A DNA stretch of 64,000 bases, taken from positions 59,334,001 to 59,398,000 of the forward strand of contig OX597825.1 in assembly GCA_951406725.2 (NCBI GenBank), given 5' to 3'. The notes under the pieces are model-generated. The model saw only the letters and a list, made by a program, of their open reading frames with translations. It did no database searches and was not told the DNA's origin. Made by a program: the position numbers and the translations under genes. Below are positions 12,735 through 25,653 of this stretch, in pieces; position 1 is the stretch's first letter, and every line of letters begins with the position of its first letter. The DNA is from Octopus vulgaris (taxonomy: Eukaryota).

Positions 12735-13340
12735 GAAGGCGGTGAGCTGGCAGAAACGTTAACACGCAGGGCGAAATGCTTTGCGGTATTTCGCCAGCCG
12801 TTACGTTCTGAGTTCAAATTCCGCCGAGGTCGACTTTGCCTTTAATCCTTTTGGAGTCAATAAATTAAGTACCAGTTACGCACTGGGGTCGATATAATCG
12901 ACTTAATCCGTTTGTCTGTCCTTGTTTGTCCCCTCTGTATGTAGCCCCTTGTGAGCAGTAAAGAACTAGGTATTTCGCCTGCCGTTACGTTCTGAGTTCA
13001 AATTCCGCCGAGGTCGACTTTGCCTTTCATCCTTTCGGGGTCGATTAAATAAGTACCAGTTACGCACTGGGGTCGATATAATCGACTTAATCCGTTTGTC
13101 TGTCCTTGTTTGTCCCCTCTGTATGTAGCCCCTTGTGAGCAGTAGAGAAATAGGTATTTCGTCTGCCGCTACGTTCTGAGTTCAAATTCCGCCGAGGTCG
13201 ACTTTGCCTTTCATCCTTTCGGGGATCGATTAAATAAGTACCAGTTACGCACTGGAGTCGATGTAATCGACTTAATCCGTTTATCTGTCCTTGGTTGTCT
13301 CCTGTGTGTGTAGCCCCTTGCGGGCAGCAAAGAAATAAGA
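12735..13340 (+). mobile_element. SINE family B trimer (one head plus three 184-bp bodies)
   Basis: The body restarts at GGTATTTCG at 12785, 12969 and 13153. Confidence 0.92.
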
Positions 13341-13489
13341 AACTGTGCTGAAGATCGTCATTAATGTATTTTTTCTTTATCTCTTTTAAATCTAGATTGA
13401 GTTTTCATCGGTCACTTGCTTGATAGCAAGGTTATAAAAGAGAGTGTCTTATTTTGTTCATCGTCCTTTAAATCTTAAGAAGGTCATGC

Positions 13490-14285
13490 AGATTCTATGT
13501 ATTTGTGTATCAGACAAACCTTCAGGTATGGAGTAAGAGTGAAGAACACTCCTGTCCGTTGTATACTGAAAGAAAGTTCATTCATCATCTCAACAATTGT
13601 TCTCCACGAGCGTTAGCTGTTGACCGCTTCCGCTGGCGACATAGCCAGGTAATCAAGGCGTTTGATATTAGCAGTCGTTCAATCTGATAAATACCACCGT
13701 AGGAAGAAATGCGTCTCTTTTCTCAAAGCTGGGGAGAAGCTCAGTTCACTGAAGCATCAATGGCAATGCTTACTCTCCACTGGCACAAAGTGGAAATTGA
13801 CAGTGGATCGCGCGAATAGTTAATGTTCCCAGAGCATACTTCATCTAAATAATTATCTTTTCAAATTCCACAAAACCTGTGATCATGTAGGAACTGTCTG
13901 TGTCCCGAGAAGAACACACGGAAGAGGCTTATGAGAGGAAGCTTGTCAAATACCTTGTGCTAGTATAGTAGTGCAAATCAGTAGTTGAAGTGGATTACCG
14001 GGGCTTTGGGGGGCTTTCACTCTGTAAGTTTCTGTCTAAGCATGGCGTTACTGGTGCAACAAAGAGGAGAGCCATAAGCTATAGAGAAGGCCACTAGGTT
14101 TGAATAAAAAGAGCAGACCAACTGTTTGCTACGGCTGAGAAGTAACCCGGGACTCGACCAAACTTGGTTGAGTTAACTGGACAAAGGGAACTGATGTTGA
14201 AACAGATGAAATTTCCTCAAACATCAGAAACATCACTGACGATGCACCACTGAGCGGCCATTAAATGTGCTTTGGAACAATATGT
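13490..14285 (+). mobile_element. HERO/NeSL-type (R2-group) non-LTR retrotransposon 3' remnant
   Basis: Decayed CCHC knuckle NLQVWSKSEEHSCPLY...HHLNNCSPRALAVDRFRWRHSQVI and restriction-like endonuclease motif ELSVSREEHTEEAYERKLVKY...VEVDYRGF. Confidence 0.8.
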
Positions 14286-14294
14286 GTGTGTGCG

Positions 14295-14362
<68 letters not shown>

Positions 14363-14366
<4 letters not shown>

Positions 14367-14560
14367 GGTCCCGGGTTGAGTCGGGGTTAACCACAGTAAA
14401 TAAGGTACTCAATACATAGCAGAGTAAAGTAATTTATTTTATAGAAGGAGCTTCTACAGGACTAGAACTGTTTCATTCAGATAAAATCTTCAAGAGCTTC
14501 CTGAAGATTTCATCTGAATGAAACAGTTCTAGTCCTGTAGAAGCTCCTTCTATAAAATAA

Positions 14561-14562
<2 letters not shown>
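14363..14562. mobile_element. about 200-bp fold-back double-hammerhead mini-element in (TA)n
   Basis: Inverted arms 14436-14493 and 14500-14560; the same element lies in the opposite orientation at 63490-63690. Confidence 0.88.
14494..14546 (+). ncRNA. type I hammerhead ribozyme (canonical core)
   Basis: GAGCTTC-CTGAAGA-TTTCA TC TGAAT-GAAA-CAG TTCTAGTC CTG-TA-GAAGCTC: 7-bp stem I, stem III ACAG/CTGT, GUA cleavage site. Confidence 0.85.
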
Positions 14563-14612
<50 letters not shown>

Positions 14613-14639
14613 GTTACATCAGCTACATTAGTACATAAA

Positions 14640-14850
14640 GTGGTGTGTGTGTCTTTGTGCCTGTGTTTCTCCCTTATCACCGCTTGACAACCATTGCTGG
14701 TGTGTTTACGTCCCCGTAACTTAGCGGTTTGGCAAAAGACAGCCAATAGAAGTACTCGGCTTAAAAAAACAGAAATACTGTATTGGGGTTGATTCTTTCG
14801 AGTAAAATTCCTTAAGGCGATGCCCCAGCATGGCTACAGTCTAACGACTG
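14640..14850 (+). mobile_element. SINE family A, 3' half
   Basis: GCTTGACAACC...TTTACGTCCCCGTAACTTAGCGG...GGCGATGCCCCAGCATGGCTACAGTC. Confidence 0.8.
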
Positions 14851-15038
14851 ATATGCACACATACACACACACACGCACATACACACGCACACACACGCGC
14901 ACACGCACACACGCACACGCGCACACGCACACGCACAGCGCGCACACAAATATATATACATACGCATATATATACATACGCATATATATACATATACTTA
15001 TATACATACATGTATATGTGTGTATATATACACATACG

Positions 15039-15124
<86 letters not shown>

Positions 15125-15128
15125 GATG

Positions 15129-15183
<55 letters not shown>

Positions 15184-15184
15184 T

Positions 15185-15850
15185 TAATGGCAGTTTTATG
15201 TGTTTGTGAATTTGTTACTTTAAATCCTCCGAGATTATCCAGCAGAACTTGATGAAACTTGACACGTGTGATGAGGTTATGCCCGCACATGGAATTTTTT
15301 TAAAAGTCGATTTTTAATCAGCATCGATTTTTCAAAAATCGTAAAATTTCCGCATTTTTCACACTAGCCATCGTGACATCAATTTGGCGAAAAATGCCGA
15401 AATTTGACGAAAAATGTTTCATGGGTATAAACAGACAGCTTATTAACGGTAATCTATTTAGCTTTTACTAATTTTTAATTTCAAGACGAATTGCTTTGAT
15501 TTGCTAAGACTTAGTACTTCAATTCCTTGTCTTAATTCCCCAGCGTTTCAGGTTTTAAATAGGTAAGCGCATTTTATTTCTCAAACAAAATTTAGGCATT
15601 TTGCGCTCTGGCCGTCGTGACATCAATTTGACGAAATCTGCCCCAAAGCGTAAAATTTCGCCATATGTCTTATAGTAATATATTTTCTTAAAATATGGTA
15701 TATACAACTGAAGATCGAAAAATGTGCTTCTAAATTAAGTTAATTTTTAAAAAAATTTTATTTATCTAGTTTGTACATTAATCGTGAAACTAGTTTTGTA
15801 TTGACCACGGTAATTAAAAAATAGACGCCATTTATTCTGCCCGTCTTACA
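15185..15850. mobile_element. unclassified non-autonomous DNA/Helitron-like element
   Basis: Internal repeat CCRTCGTGACATCAATTTGRCGAAA occurs twice (about 15368 and 15612); class not established. Confidence 0.3.
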
Positions 15851-15955
15851 TCATTTTCGTATCAAGGAATAAGTCCGTTTGTTTTTATTTAAAAAACAAC
15901 GGCCATTCAACATGTTGGAGTTCGGCTTTAACTGCTCTCTCTCCCTCTCTTTGTC

Positions 15956-16002
<47 letters not shown>

Positions 16003-16004
<2 letters not shown>

Positions 16005-16211
16005 CGGGAAGCTTTATGAAAATAAACAAAAGACGAAGGCAGGTGGAATACAAACAAACAATTGTATTAGTATGGCGCTCAGGAATATAAATAAAACAAG
16101 TCTTTTACGTTTCGAGCCTACGCTCTTCTACAGAAAGATACACAGAAAAGAAACACAGAAAGAAACAAGGAGAGAAAAAAAATGCGTGCAGAGGCTAGCG
16201 AATCAACATGG

Positions 16212-16214
<3 letters not shown>
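16003..16214 (-). mobile_element. Neptune-like PLE terminal repeat (solo) with CUGUAGA HHR at 16101-16138
   Basis: Matches 47855-48065 and abuts (TA)n. Confidence 0.88.
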
Positions 16215-16253
<39 letters not shown>

Positions 16254-16330
16254 TTGCAGCTATCGGGCCAGCGACAGATTAGAAAGCGTGTTTGAATGTG
16301 AATGAAGTCTGTTTCATATATATATATATA

Positions 16331-16548
16331 GTTGCAGCGTGGAACGTGTTTATAAGCCATTTAAGAAACACACAAAATCCGTTAAATTCACATCAACAAT
16401 TCCGTGCTACATCTGAATTTTGTCAGTGAACATGTCGCGGTCTCAAAGCACGAAAATATTTTGACAAATTAAATTTAAATGTTAAAGTGAATCTAACGGA
16501 TTTTGTGTGTTTCTTGAATGGCTTATAAACACGTTCCACACCTGCAAT
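16331..16548. repeat. fold-back element with about 70-bp inverted arms
   Basis: TTGCAGCGTGGAACGTGTTTATAAGCCATTTAAGAAACACACAAAATCCGTTA versus its reverse complement at about 16490-16548. Confidence 0.8.
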
Positions 16549-16604
16549 TTTTTTCGTTCCAGCAAACGATCTCAGATCAGGCGACTAGCTATGCAAGTAC
16601 ATCT

Positions 16605-16680
<76 letters not shown>

Positions 16681-16716
16681 ATATATACATACATACATGC
16701 ATACATACCTACATAC

Positions 16717-16749
<33 letters not shown>

Positions 16750-16755
16750 AATAGA

Positions 16756-16791
<36 letters not shown>

Positions 16792-17181
16792 TATATATGT
16801 ACACACACACGCGCGCGTGCATATATATGTATATAAATATACATGCGCGCGTGTGTGTGCACATATATGTGTGTGTGAGTATGTATGTATATGGTATAAG
16901 AAATATGCCACAACCTCTTTTATGAAATGTTGCTGTTAGCTTAGTGACCTGTGATATGCTAAGTGAACCTTTCTGTCCGGGCATACAAAGCAACACCTTC
17001 TGAAGGCTTAGACCCAATGACACGTAAAGGAGCGATGTCGACAAGTTTATGATAATAATAATTATTATTATTCAGCTTAAATACATACACAAACACAAAC
17101 ACATTCATATATGCTTACAACCCCAACTATCTACCCACTGATAGACAGACAGACACGCACTGACGAACAGATATATGTATG

Positions 17182-17212
<31 letters not shown>

Positions 17213-17376
17213 ATATATGCGTGTGTATATATATATATATGTATGTATATATATATTTCTAATCTATCGCTGAGCCGATAGTGGCAAATAATGTATGTAT
17301 GTATGTATGTATGTATGTATGTATGTATGTATGTATGCATGCTTGTATGTATGCATGTATGTATGTATTTATATAT

Positions 17377-17411
<35 letters not shown>

Positions 17412-17707
17412 AATTTAATACAAAGAAAATAATTTCATTTACAGGGATGCGAAAACATCGAATTTTCCACTGGTTTTTCAGTAAGTACCCAATATGGTAG
17501 AGAAAAATATTTTCACAACATCAAAAGGGTGTATATTCAATATACAAAAATTAAGAAAAAAAAGGAGATTTACGAGTGACATATTTTAAATATAATTTAC
17601 TAACATAATATTATATTACAATAAATATAATATAATATAATATAATATAGTATGAAAAGATATACAAATATTAATCTTACAAAATATAAATTTATTCCTT
17701 ACTCTCT

Positions 17708-17919
17708 CTCTTTTACTCTTTTACTTGTTTCAGTCATTTGACTGCGGCCATGCTGGAGCATAGCCTTTAGTCGAGCAAATCGACCACAGGACTTATTCTT
17801 TGTGAGCCTAATACTTTATTCTATCGGTCTCTTTTGCCGAACTGCTAAGTTACGGGGACATAAACACACCAACATCGGTTGTCAAGCGATGTTGGGGGGG
17901 GGGACAAACACAGACACAA

Positions 17920-17954
<35 letters not shown>

Positions 17955-18003
17955 CACACATATACGACGGGCTTCTTTCAGTTTCCAAATCCACTACAAG
18001 GCT
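17708..18003 (-). mobile_element. SINE family A, 5'-truncated
   Basis: Reverse complement of the family A tail and middle. Confidence 0.88.
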
Positions 18004-18101
18004 TTAATAAATCTATTAAAAATTCATACTTATAGGTATGAATCACCTCAGGGAAATATGTGAGTATTCATCTATCTACTTTACATATATCCATCCTACT
18101 A

Positions 18102-18270
18102 TAGGCACAAGGCCTAACATTTTGGGGAAGGAGGAACGTCGATTACATGGATCCATTGCTCAACTGTTAGGTCTTTTATCGACCCTGAAAGAGTGAAAGC
18201 AAAATTTGAACTCAGAACGTAAAGAATGTTGCGAAACATTTTCTCAGACAAGGCTAATGATTCCGCCACA
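18102..18270 (-). mobile_element. SINE family B, diverged variant
   Basis: TTTATCGACCCTGAAAG...AATTTGAACTCAGAACGTA. Confidence 0.65.
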
Positions 18271-18291
18271 GATGGCGTGATTACCACCACT

Positions 18292-18466
18292 TTTACTTCT
18301 CTTTTACTTGTTTCAGTCATTTGACTGCGGCCATGCTGGAGCACCGCCTTTAGTCGAGCAAATCAACCCCAGGACTCATTCTTTGTAAGCCTAGTACTTA
18401 TTCTATCGGTCTCTTATGCCGAACCGCTAAGTTACGAGGACGCAAACACACCAGCATCGGTTGTCA
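18292..18466 (-). mobile_element. SINE family A, 3' part
   Basis: TTTCAGTCATTTGACTGCGGCCATGCTGGAGCACCGCC. Confidence 0.88.
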
Positions 18467-18852
18467 ATACTTGTAATGGGTAAAAGGTACTGCTTCTTCT
18501 CCTATCTTCGACCTCATTATTTCCATAAACGTATTCGTATACAAATCTTCGTAACCTTCAGTGCTGGCTCTGAATCCTACCGAGAATCTGAAGAGATAAA
18601 CCTAAAACCGAGAACATCGTATTGCTACCACAAAAGTAAGGCACAGCATTGACTTGTAAAACCTTTAATATACTTGGTAGTATACGTATTATGGCTGCAA
18701 AAAAGAAATATTGTGTGCTTGCGAGCGGTGAATATTTTCGTACTAGCTTCAAGGAATGTGTTGAACATGTGAATTGTTCTATCCAATAGTGTTACATCGC
18801 TAAGATTAGTGGGTTATATGCAATTTATTGGTGGATAGTTGATAGGTTGGAT

Positions 18853-18898
18853 GTGGTACTGATGAAAGAGCAATAACTCTGGAAATATGCATATACAC
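18853..18898 (+). ncRNA. hammerhead-like motif
   Basis: GTGGTA-CTGATGA-AAGAG CAATAA CTCTG-GAAA-TATGCA-TA-TACAC: intact core, imperfect stems. Confidence 0.5.
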
Positions 18899-18972
18899 GC
18901 ATTACCTGTGTTTTCTATCTTCGATCGCATAGGTTGCATAAGCATATGTATTATGTATGCGTTTATACATAC

Positions 18973-19004
<32 letters not shown>

Positions 19005-19026
19005 TGTCATCGGTCTTTACATGGTC

Positions 19027-19059
<33 letters not shown>

Positions 19060-19799
19060 GCACGTATATATATATATATGTACGTTTGTGTTTATATTGC
19101 TAATCACAGTTTTTTATTCTCTGCAATTCTCAAGCGTAATCCAAACATCAAAATATAATCACTTCTTTCAGATCTTACCGAAATTCTAATCAACGAGAAC
19201 TGAAGAATGTTAGAGTGTGTTATCGGTGTTGTTGTTATTATTGTTGCTATTGCTGTTGTTGATTTTGCTTTAAATATTTCTTTCATAACTTCGATACTAC
19301 ACGAGGATTACGTCATCAAACGCATTAGTTATACAAACGGTTCGCAGAAAAAATAACTTGGCTATCAAATATATAAACATACATAAAATACGTAGCATTA
19401 ACAATTTATTCGGTGGTTACTCGGATAAATAAATAAACAAATATATATATATATAAAGAAATTAATGACTAGTTAAATAAATAAAGCAAGTAATAGGAGA
19501 AACAATAAGAGAATTATAATAAGAAATAAAGCAAACAATACGCCAGCAGTGTGCTTGTAAGTAAACAACCGGTATTTTCATCGAAATTGCAGACATTGTT
19601 TATTACTCAGGAGCGGAGATTCGCAACTGGCAGTATGATACGTACATACGTACGTACATACATACGTACGTACGTACATACGTACGTACGTACATACATA
19701 CAGACAGACAGACATTCAGACAGACAGACAAATATACATGCAAGCATACATACATACATATATACATAGATACATACATGCATATACACTCATCTATCC

Positions 19800-19834
<35 letters not shown>

Positions 19835-19859
19835 CATCCATCCATCCATCCATCCATCC

Positions 19860-20011
<152 letters not shown>

Positions 20012-20134
20012 GTCTGTCTGTCTGTCTGACTGTCTGTTTGTCTGTCTGTCTATCTATCTATACACAGAAATATACACATATACATATATATGTCTGTTCT
20101 GTGTGTATACACATATATGTATATATCTATATTT

Positions 20135-20182
<48 letters not shown>

Positions 20183-20244
20183 GCGCCCACAAGCTCACAT
20201 ACATATATATACACATGTACACACGTACGCACGCACACACACAT

Positions 20245-20275
<31 letters not shown>

Positions 20276-20511
20276 CATACACATGTATATCATACATGCA
20301 TGTATGTTTATATAATGTGCTGTTCCGTCATTAGTGGGATCTGCATTAAAGCACCCTATCCAGTGAGAGATACATTTCATTTAATATACACAAGATTTAA
20401 ATTCGAGCTACTGTTAGTGCCAGGGTGTGAATTTCGCAGCAATCTTTCGAACTCAAATATACAGTGTTCATTCTCGGGTTTTTTTTTCTTCTTTTTTTTT
20501 CCTCAAAGACA

Positions 20512-20916
20512 TACTCTTTTACTCTTTTACTTGTTTCAGTCATTTGACTGCGGCCATGCTGGAGCACCGCCTTTAGTCGAGCAAATCGACCCCGGGACTT
20601 ATTCTTTGTAAGCCCAGTACTTATTCTATCTATCTCTTTTGCCGAACCGCTAAGTGACGGGGACAACCTGCATCGGTTGTCAAGCAATGCTAGGGGAACA
20701 AACACAGACACACAAACATATACACACACACTTATATATATATACATATATACGACAGGCTTCTTTCAGTTTCCTTCTACCAAATCCACTCACAAGGCAT
20801 TGGTCGGCCCGGGGCTATAGCAGAAGACACTTGCCCAAGATGCCAGGCAGTGGGACTGAACCCGGAACCATGTGGTTGGTTAGCAAGCTACTTACCACAC
20901 AGCCACTCCTGCGCCC
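20512..20916 (-). mobile_element. SINE family A, full length
   Basis: Near-identical to 52427-52824. Confidence 0.92.
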
Positions 20917-21209
20917 ATATTTGAGTTTGAAAAATTGCTTGGAAACACACGGCGCACTATACAAGCTTCTCCGATCAGCATGAAACTAATATAATTCGAA
21001 TTTAAATCATCTATCTATCATCTATCTATCTATCTCTCTGTCTGTCTGTCTGTCTGTCTGTCTGTGTCTGTGTGTCTGTGTGTGTGTCCGTCCGTCCGTC
21101 TGTGTGCGCGTCTGTATGTTTGACTGTCTGCTTGCCTGCTCGCCTGCTTGCCTGTCTATGTGTCTGTGTGTCAGTGTGTTTGTCTTTCTGTCTGTCTGTC
21201 TGTCTCTCC

Positions 21210-21802
21210 TACACCCCACAACATCACACGCCTCCCCCACCTCACCACAACATCACACCACACCACACTACACCATACAACATTACACATCACATCACAA
21301 CACACCACCTACACACCCACAACACACCACCAACACACACCCCGACATCTTTACACCTACACATACATACACACATCACATCACAACACACCACCCACAC
21401 ACCCATCCCCACATCTCCACACCCACACATACATACACACACACGTCCAGACCACCAGCCCTCTTTCACACGCACATACATACTCTCTTATACACACACG
21501 CACCTTTGTGTTGGGGGCTCCTTCGTATTGGAGGTCATCGTGACCTTGTTATCTCCTCTACTTCCCCTCTCCCGTCTGACCATTCTGTCCGAAGTCAGAC
21601 GCCATGATAGATCGTTAGCTACTACACACATTTTTTTCTCTCCTTGTTTCTCTCCTTGTTTTTTTCTGTGTATCTTTCTGTAGAAGAGCGTAGGCTCGAA
21701 ACGTAAAAGACTTTTTCTATTCCTGAGTGCTATACTAATACATCTGTTTGTTTGTACACCACCTGCCTTCGTCTTTTGTTTATTTTCGTAAACTTTCCCT
21801 TT
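21210..21802 (+). mobile_element. Neptune-like PLE 3' end (CA-rich UTR plus terminal repeat, HHR 21673-21710)
   Basis: Aligns with 47385-48065, including CACGTCCAGACC and CGCCATGATAGATCGTTAGC; ends at (TA)n. Confidence 0.88.
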
Positions 21803-22321
21803 ATATATATATATAAACAATAAATTAAATAGATTCAATTGACAATCCAATAATTCATTTATAATATAACATAATATACTATGAATACAATATAATATAA
21901 TATAACATAAAATATCATTAAAAAACCAAAATAGCCAACAGTTTGTTTTGACTTTTAGACATCATTTGATTTATAAACAATACATATCCACTTATATAAG
22001 TCTCTTCGGAGCTTTGGTTTATAAACAGACGAAATTCCTTGTGAAAAATTAATTCAAATGCCTTTGTATTATGAGCGTTAGCCTTTGAACTACATAACAA
22101 TTACAATTAAAAACAACAAAATTATAACGGATAAAATGATTACGTAAGTAGAATCTACAACAATCGAAATATATTTGTATATATCTCAAACAAAATCAAT
22201 CCAAATTCGTTTTGGTCGAAGATAATCTTTGGATATTATAGTAACATGCGACAACACTATAGAGGTATATAAATTAAGCATCAGGGTCTTACTTAGAGAC
22301 TCTGTAATAAAATGTGCAAAT

Positions 22322-22606
22322 AGGGCTTCCGAGACCCACAGCTCTTCAATATCCTCCCGAAGAACCTAAGAGACCTGCATGGGGTGGATGCAGATGTCTT
22401 TAAAATGAAACTGGATCTCTTCCTGTCAGGTGTCCCAGATGAACCAACTTCACGGCAGGAGGTGCAGATGAGGGCAGCTGCATCGAACTCTCTCATGGCA
22501 GTTGCTAGAAAGCTTTCGTGAAGTAAAACCATGTAGCAACACCAAATGGCAGTGCCCCAGCATGGCCACAGCTCATGAGCTGAAACTAGAATCAATCAAT
22601 CAATCA
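22322..22606 (+). mobile_element. CR1-group LINE 3' fragment
   Basis: Near-identical to 38641-38910; ends in (AATC)n. Confidence 0.92.
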
Positions 22607-22767
22607 AAACATTTTTTGTTAGTTACTTTAAACAACTTTTTTTATATCAATAACTTTAAATAAAAAAGAGTTGTTATATATTACCAATATAATAGTGTAT
22701 CATTTATGTATTTATTTACATTTTATTAGTCTCTAGATTCAGTAAGACCCTGAAACTTAGCATATAT

Positions 22768-23285
22768 ACCTGCCTTAAATCCTCGAGTATAGTCCGCCCT
22801 TGAGTATAATACGCAGGGGATTTTTAGGGGGCTGTACCTCTGAAAAACCTAAACCTTGTGTTTAAAAGGCACCCCTTCTCTAACTTGAGTCAAGGAGGTC
22901 TATATAATGTCCTTGTTTTGTAAAACTGTATACGGTAACGTCCTTTATTATTATTGTATATATAACAAAATGCAAACTTGTAGGTTTTTTGTGCATTTTG
23001 TTTGCAGAAAATAAAGAAATAACAGTAATAACGTTTAATAAATGTTGCTTACTGCAAGTTATGGATGATTCTTTTATGACTTCATTGCTTTCAGGCTTAG
23101 CTTAAGGTATTTTCGCGCCCGACATCACAAAATGCGTCTGAATAAACATTGCCGGACAGCAAATAGAGACTCGGACATTGCTTAGAAAATATTTTTCATT
23201 TTTAACCTCGTATATAGTACGCACTAGGGATTTTGACCTTTAAATTTTGGGAAACGATGCGGATAATACTCGAGGATTTACGGTA
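22768..23285. mobile_element. pogo/Tc2-like MITE
   Basis: TIRs TAAATCCTCGAGTATAGTCCGC ... GCGGATAATACTCGAGGATTTACGGTA. Confidence 0.75.
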
Positions 23286-23820
23286 TATATTGTTGTCGTA
23301 TGTTATTATAATAGTCAAAGATTGTATTCGACCTAAACGAATTTGGATTAAGATCGTTTGAGATATTTAGAAATATATTTCAGTAGTTGTAGATTCTATT
23401 TACTGAATCATTTTGTCCGTTATAATTTTATTGTTTTTTAATTGTAATTGTTATGTAGTTGAAAAGTTAACGCTCACACTCATAATACATAGGCATCTGA
23501 ATTAATCTTTTTACAAGAAATTTCGTTTGTCAATAAACCGAAGCTCTGAAGAGACTTATATAAGTGGATATGTATTGTTTATAAATCGAATAATGTATAT
23601 AAAGCACAGCAAATTGTTGGCTATTTTGGATTTTAATTTAATGTTATATTATATTATATTCATAGTATACTATGTGATATTATAACATAAATAAATTATT
23701 GGATTGTCAATTTAATCTCAATATTTGCATTACACCCATATTTATGTGGTATTCAACTGACGTACCAGAGAATTTAATGTTTTACACTCCCCTTGAAGGA
23801 ATTCCTTTCCTTACTTTGTA

Positions 23821-24429
<609 letters not shown>

Positions 24430-24626
24430 GTATAAATATGCATACACACGCACACACAAACACACACACACACAGAGGATATGCAGACTGGGTTATAATC
24501 CAAGCTGTGTCTTCAGGAAGCACATCTGTATATTCCAGTACCCCAAAACTGTATGTAGATTGCATGAGGCATGCTTAGGAGCTGAAAAAACCTGGGGAAA
24601 TAGTTTTTGTAGAGTGATTACACATC

Positions 24627-24915
24627 AAAGCAGGAGATTGTTTAAATCTTTGGTATAATTTATTCACCTTTACTAGTGTTTCATTTGCTAATAGTTAAAA
24701 AATTGTATACATTGGAAAAAGCATCTAAGATATCTCCTATTAGAAATTCTTCAGACAGTGAATCAGATAATACTAATATATCATTTGATACTCTGTCTGA
24801 AGAATTTCTAATTGGAGATATCTTATATGTTTTTCCTGCATGTACAATTTTTGTAACACCTATAAGCAAACACGAATAATGATGAATAATACCCAAAATT
24901 CTTTCTAATCCCCTG

Positions 24916-24920
<5 letters not shown>
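24627..24920. mobile_element. fold-back element with extended-stem-II HHR (24665-24760, minus strand)
   Basis: Arms of about 150 bp around 24776. Minus strand: CTGAAGA-ATTTCTAATAG...CTATTAGCAAAT-GAAA-CACTAG-TA. Confidence 0.7.
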
Positions 24921-24988
<68 letters not shown>

Positions 24989-24993
<5 letters not shown>

Positions 24994-25300
24994 AATCAAG
25001 GAACGGCCATAATAGGCCATTCACCCACTAGAGCAAAAGAAATTTTGTAGAATTCTTTGCCACCAGCCTAGTGGGAAAAATTAAATAGTCATAAACCATT
25101 TTAAGTTCAACATCACAATCAAGGAACGGCCATAATAGGCCATTCACCCAACGGCCATAATAGGCCATTCACCCACTAGTGGGTGAATGGCCTATTATGG
25201 CCGTTCCTTGATTGTGATGTTGAACTAAAAATGGTTTATGACTATTTATTTTTCCCACTAGCCGCTGGTGGCAAAAGAATTCTACAAAATTTTTTTTTGC
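24989..25300. repeat. near-perfect palindrome centred on CTAG 25176-25179, with direct sub-repeats
   Basis: Arms 25033-25177 and 25178-25300 have no spacer; the unit ACGGCCATAATAGGCCATTCACCCA occurs three times on the plus strand. Confidence 0.9.
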
Positions 25301-25313
25301 CACCCTATATTGA

Positions 25314-25351
<38 letters not shown>

Positions 25352-25550
25352 CGAGAAAGAAAGAGAGTAGGGAACAAGCGGACGAATGCATCAATGGGCA
25401 CCGTATGGATGGATTGATAGCTAGACAGATAGAGGTGTAGATAAACTGACATATAGACAGATAGACAGACAGACAAACAGATAGATAAATAGATAGATAG
25501 ATAGACAGAAAGATAGATAGAAAGAAGGATAGATAGACAGATTGACAGAT

Positions 25551-25653
<103 letters not shown>

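Larger units (their letters stand above)
21830..23720. repeat. large diverged inverted repeat (arms about 21830-22258 and 23288-23720) enclosing a LINE fragment and a MITE
   Basis: Arms are reverse-complementary over about 430 bp, for example CAATACATATCCACTTATATAAGTCTCTTC / GAAGAGACTTATATAAGTGGATATGTATTG. Confidence 0.85.

Noticed and set aside
11923-12765. 280-aa minus-strand ORF
   Set aside because: Starts inside SINE B and ends in (TA)n; the alternative frame 12213-12524 fits the splice acceptor better.
12735-13340. Regular repeats that could be mistaken for a CRISPR array
   Set aside because: Units are whole 184-bp SINE bodies with no unique spacers, no cas genes, and a eukaryotic context.
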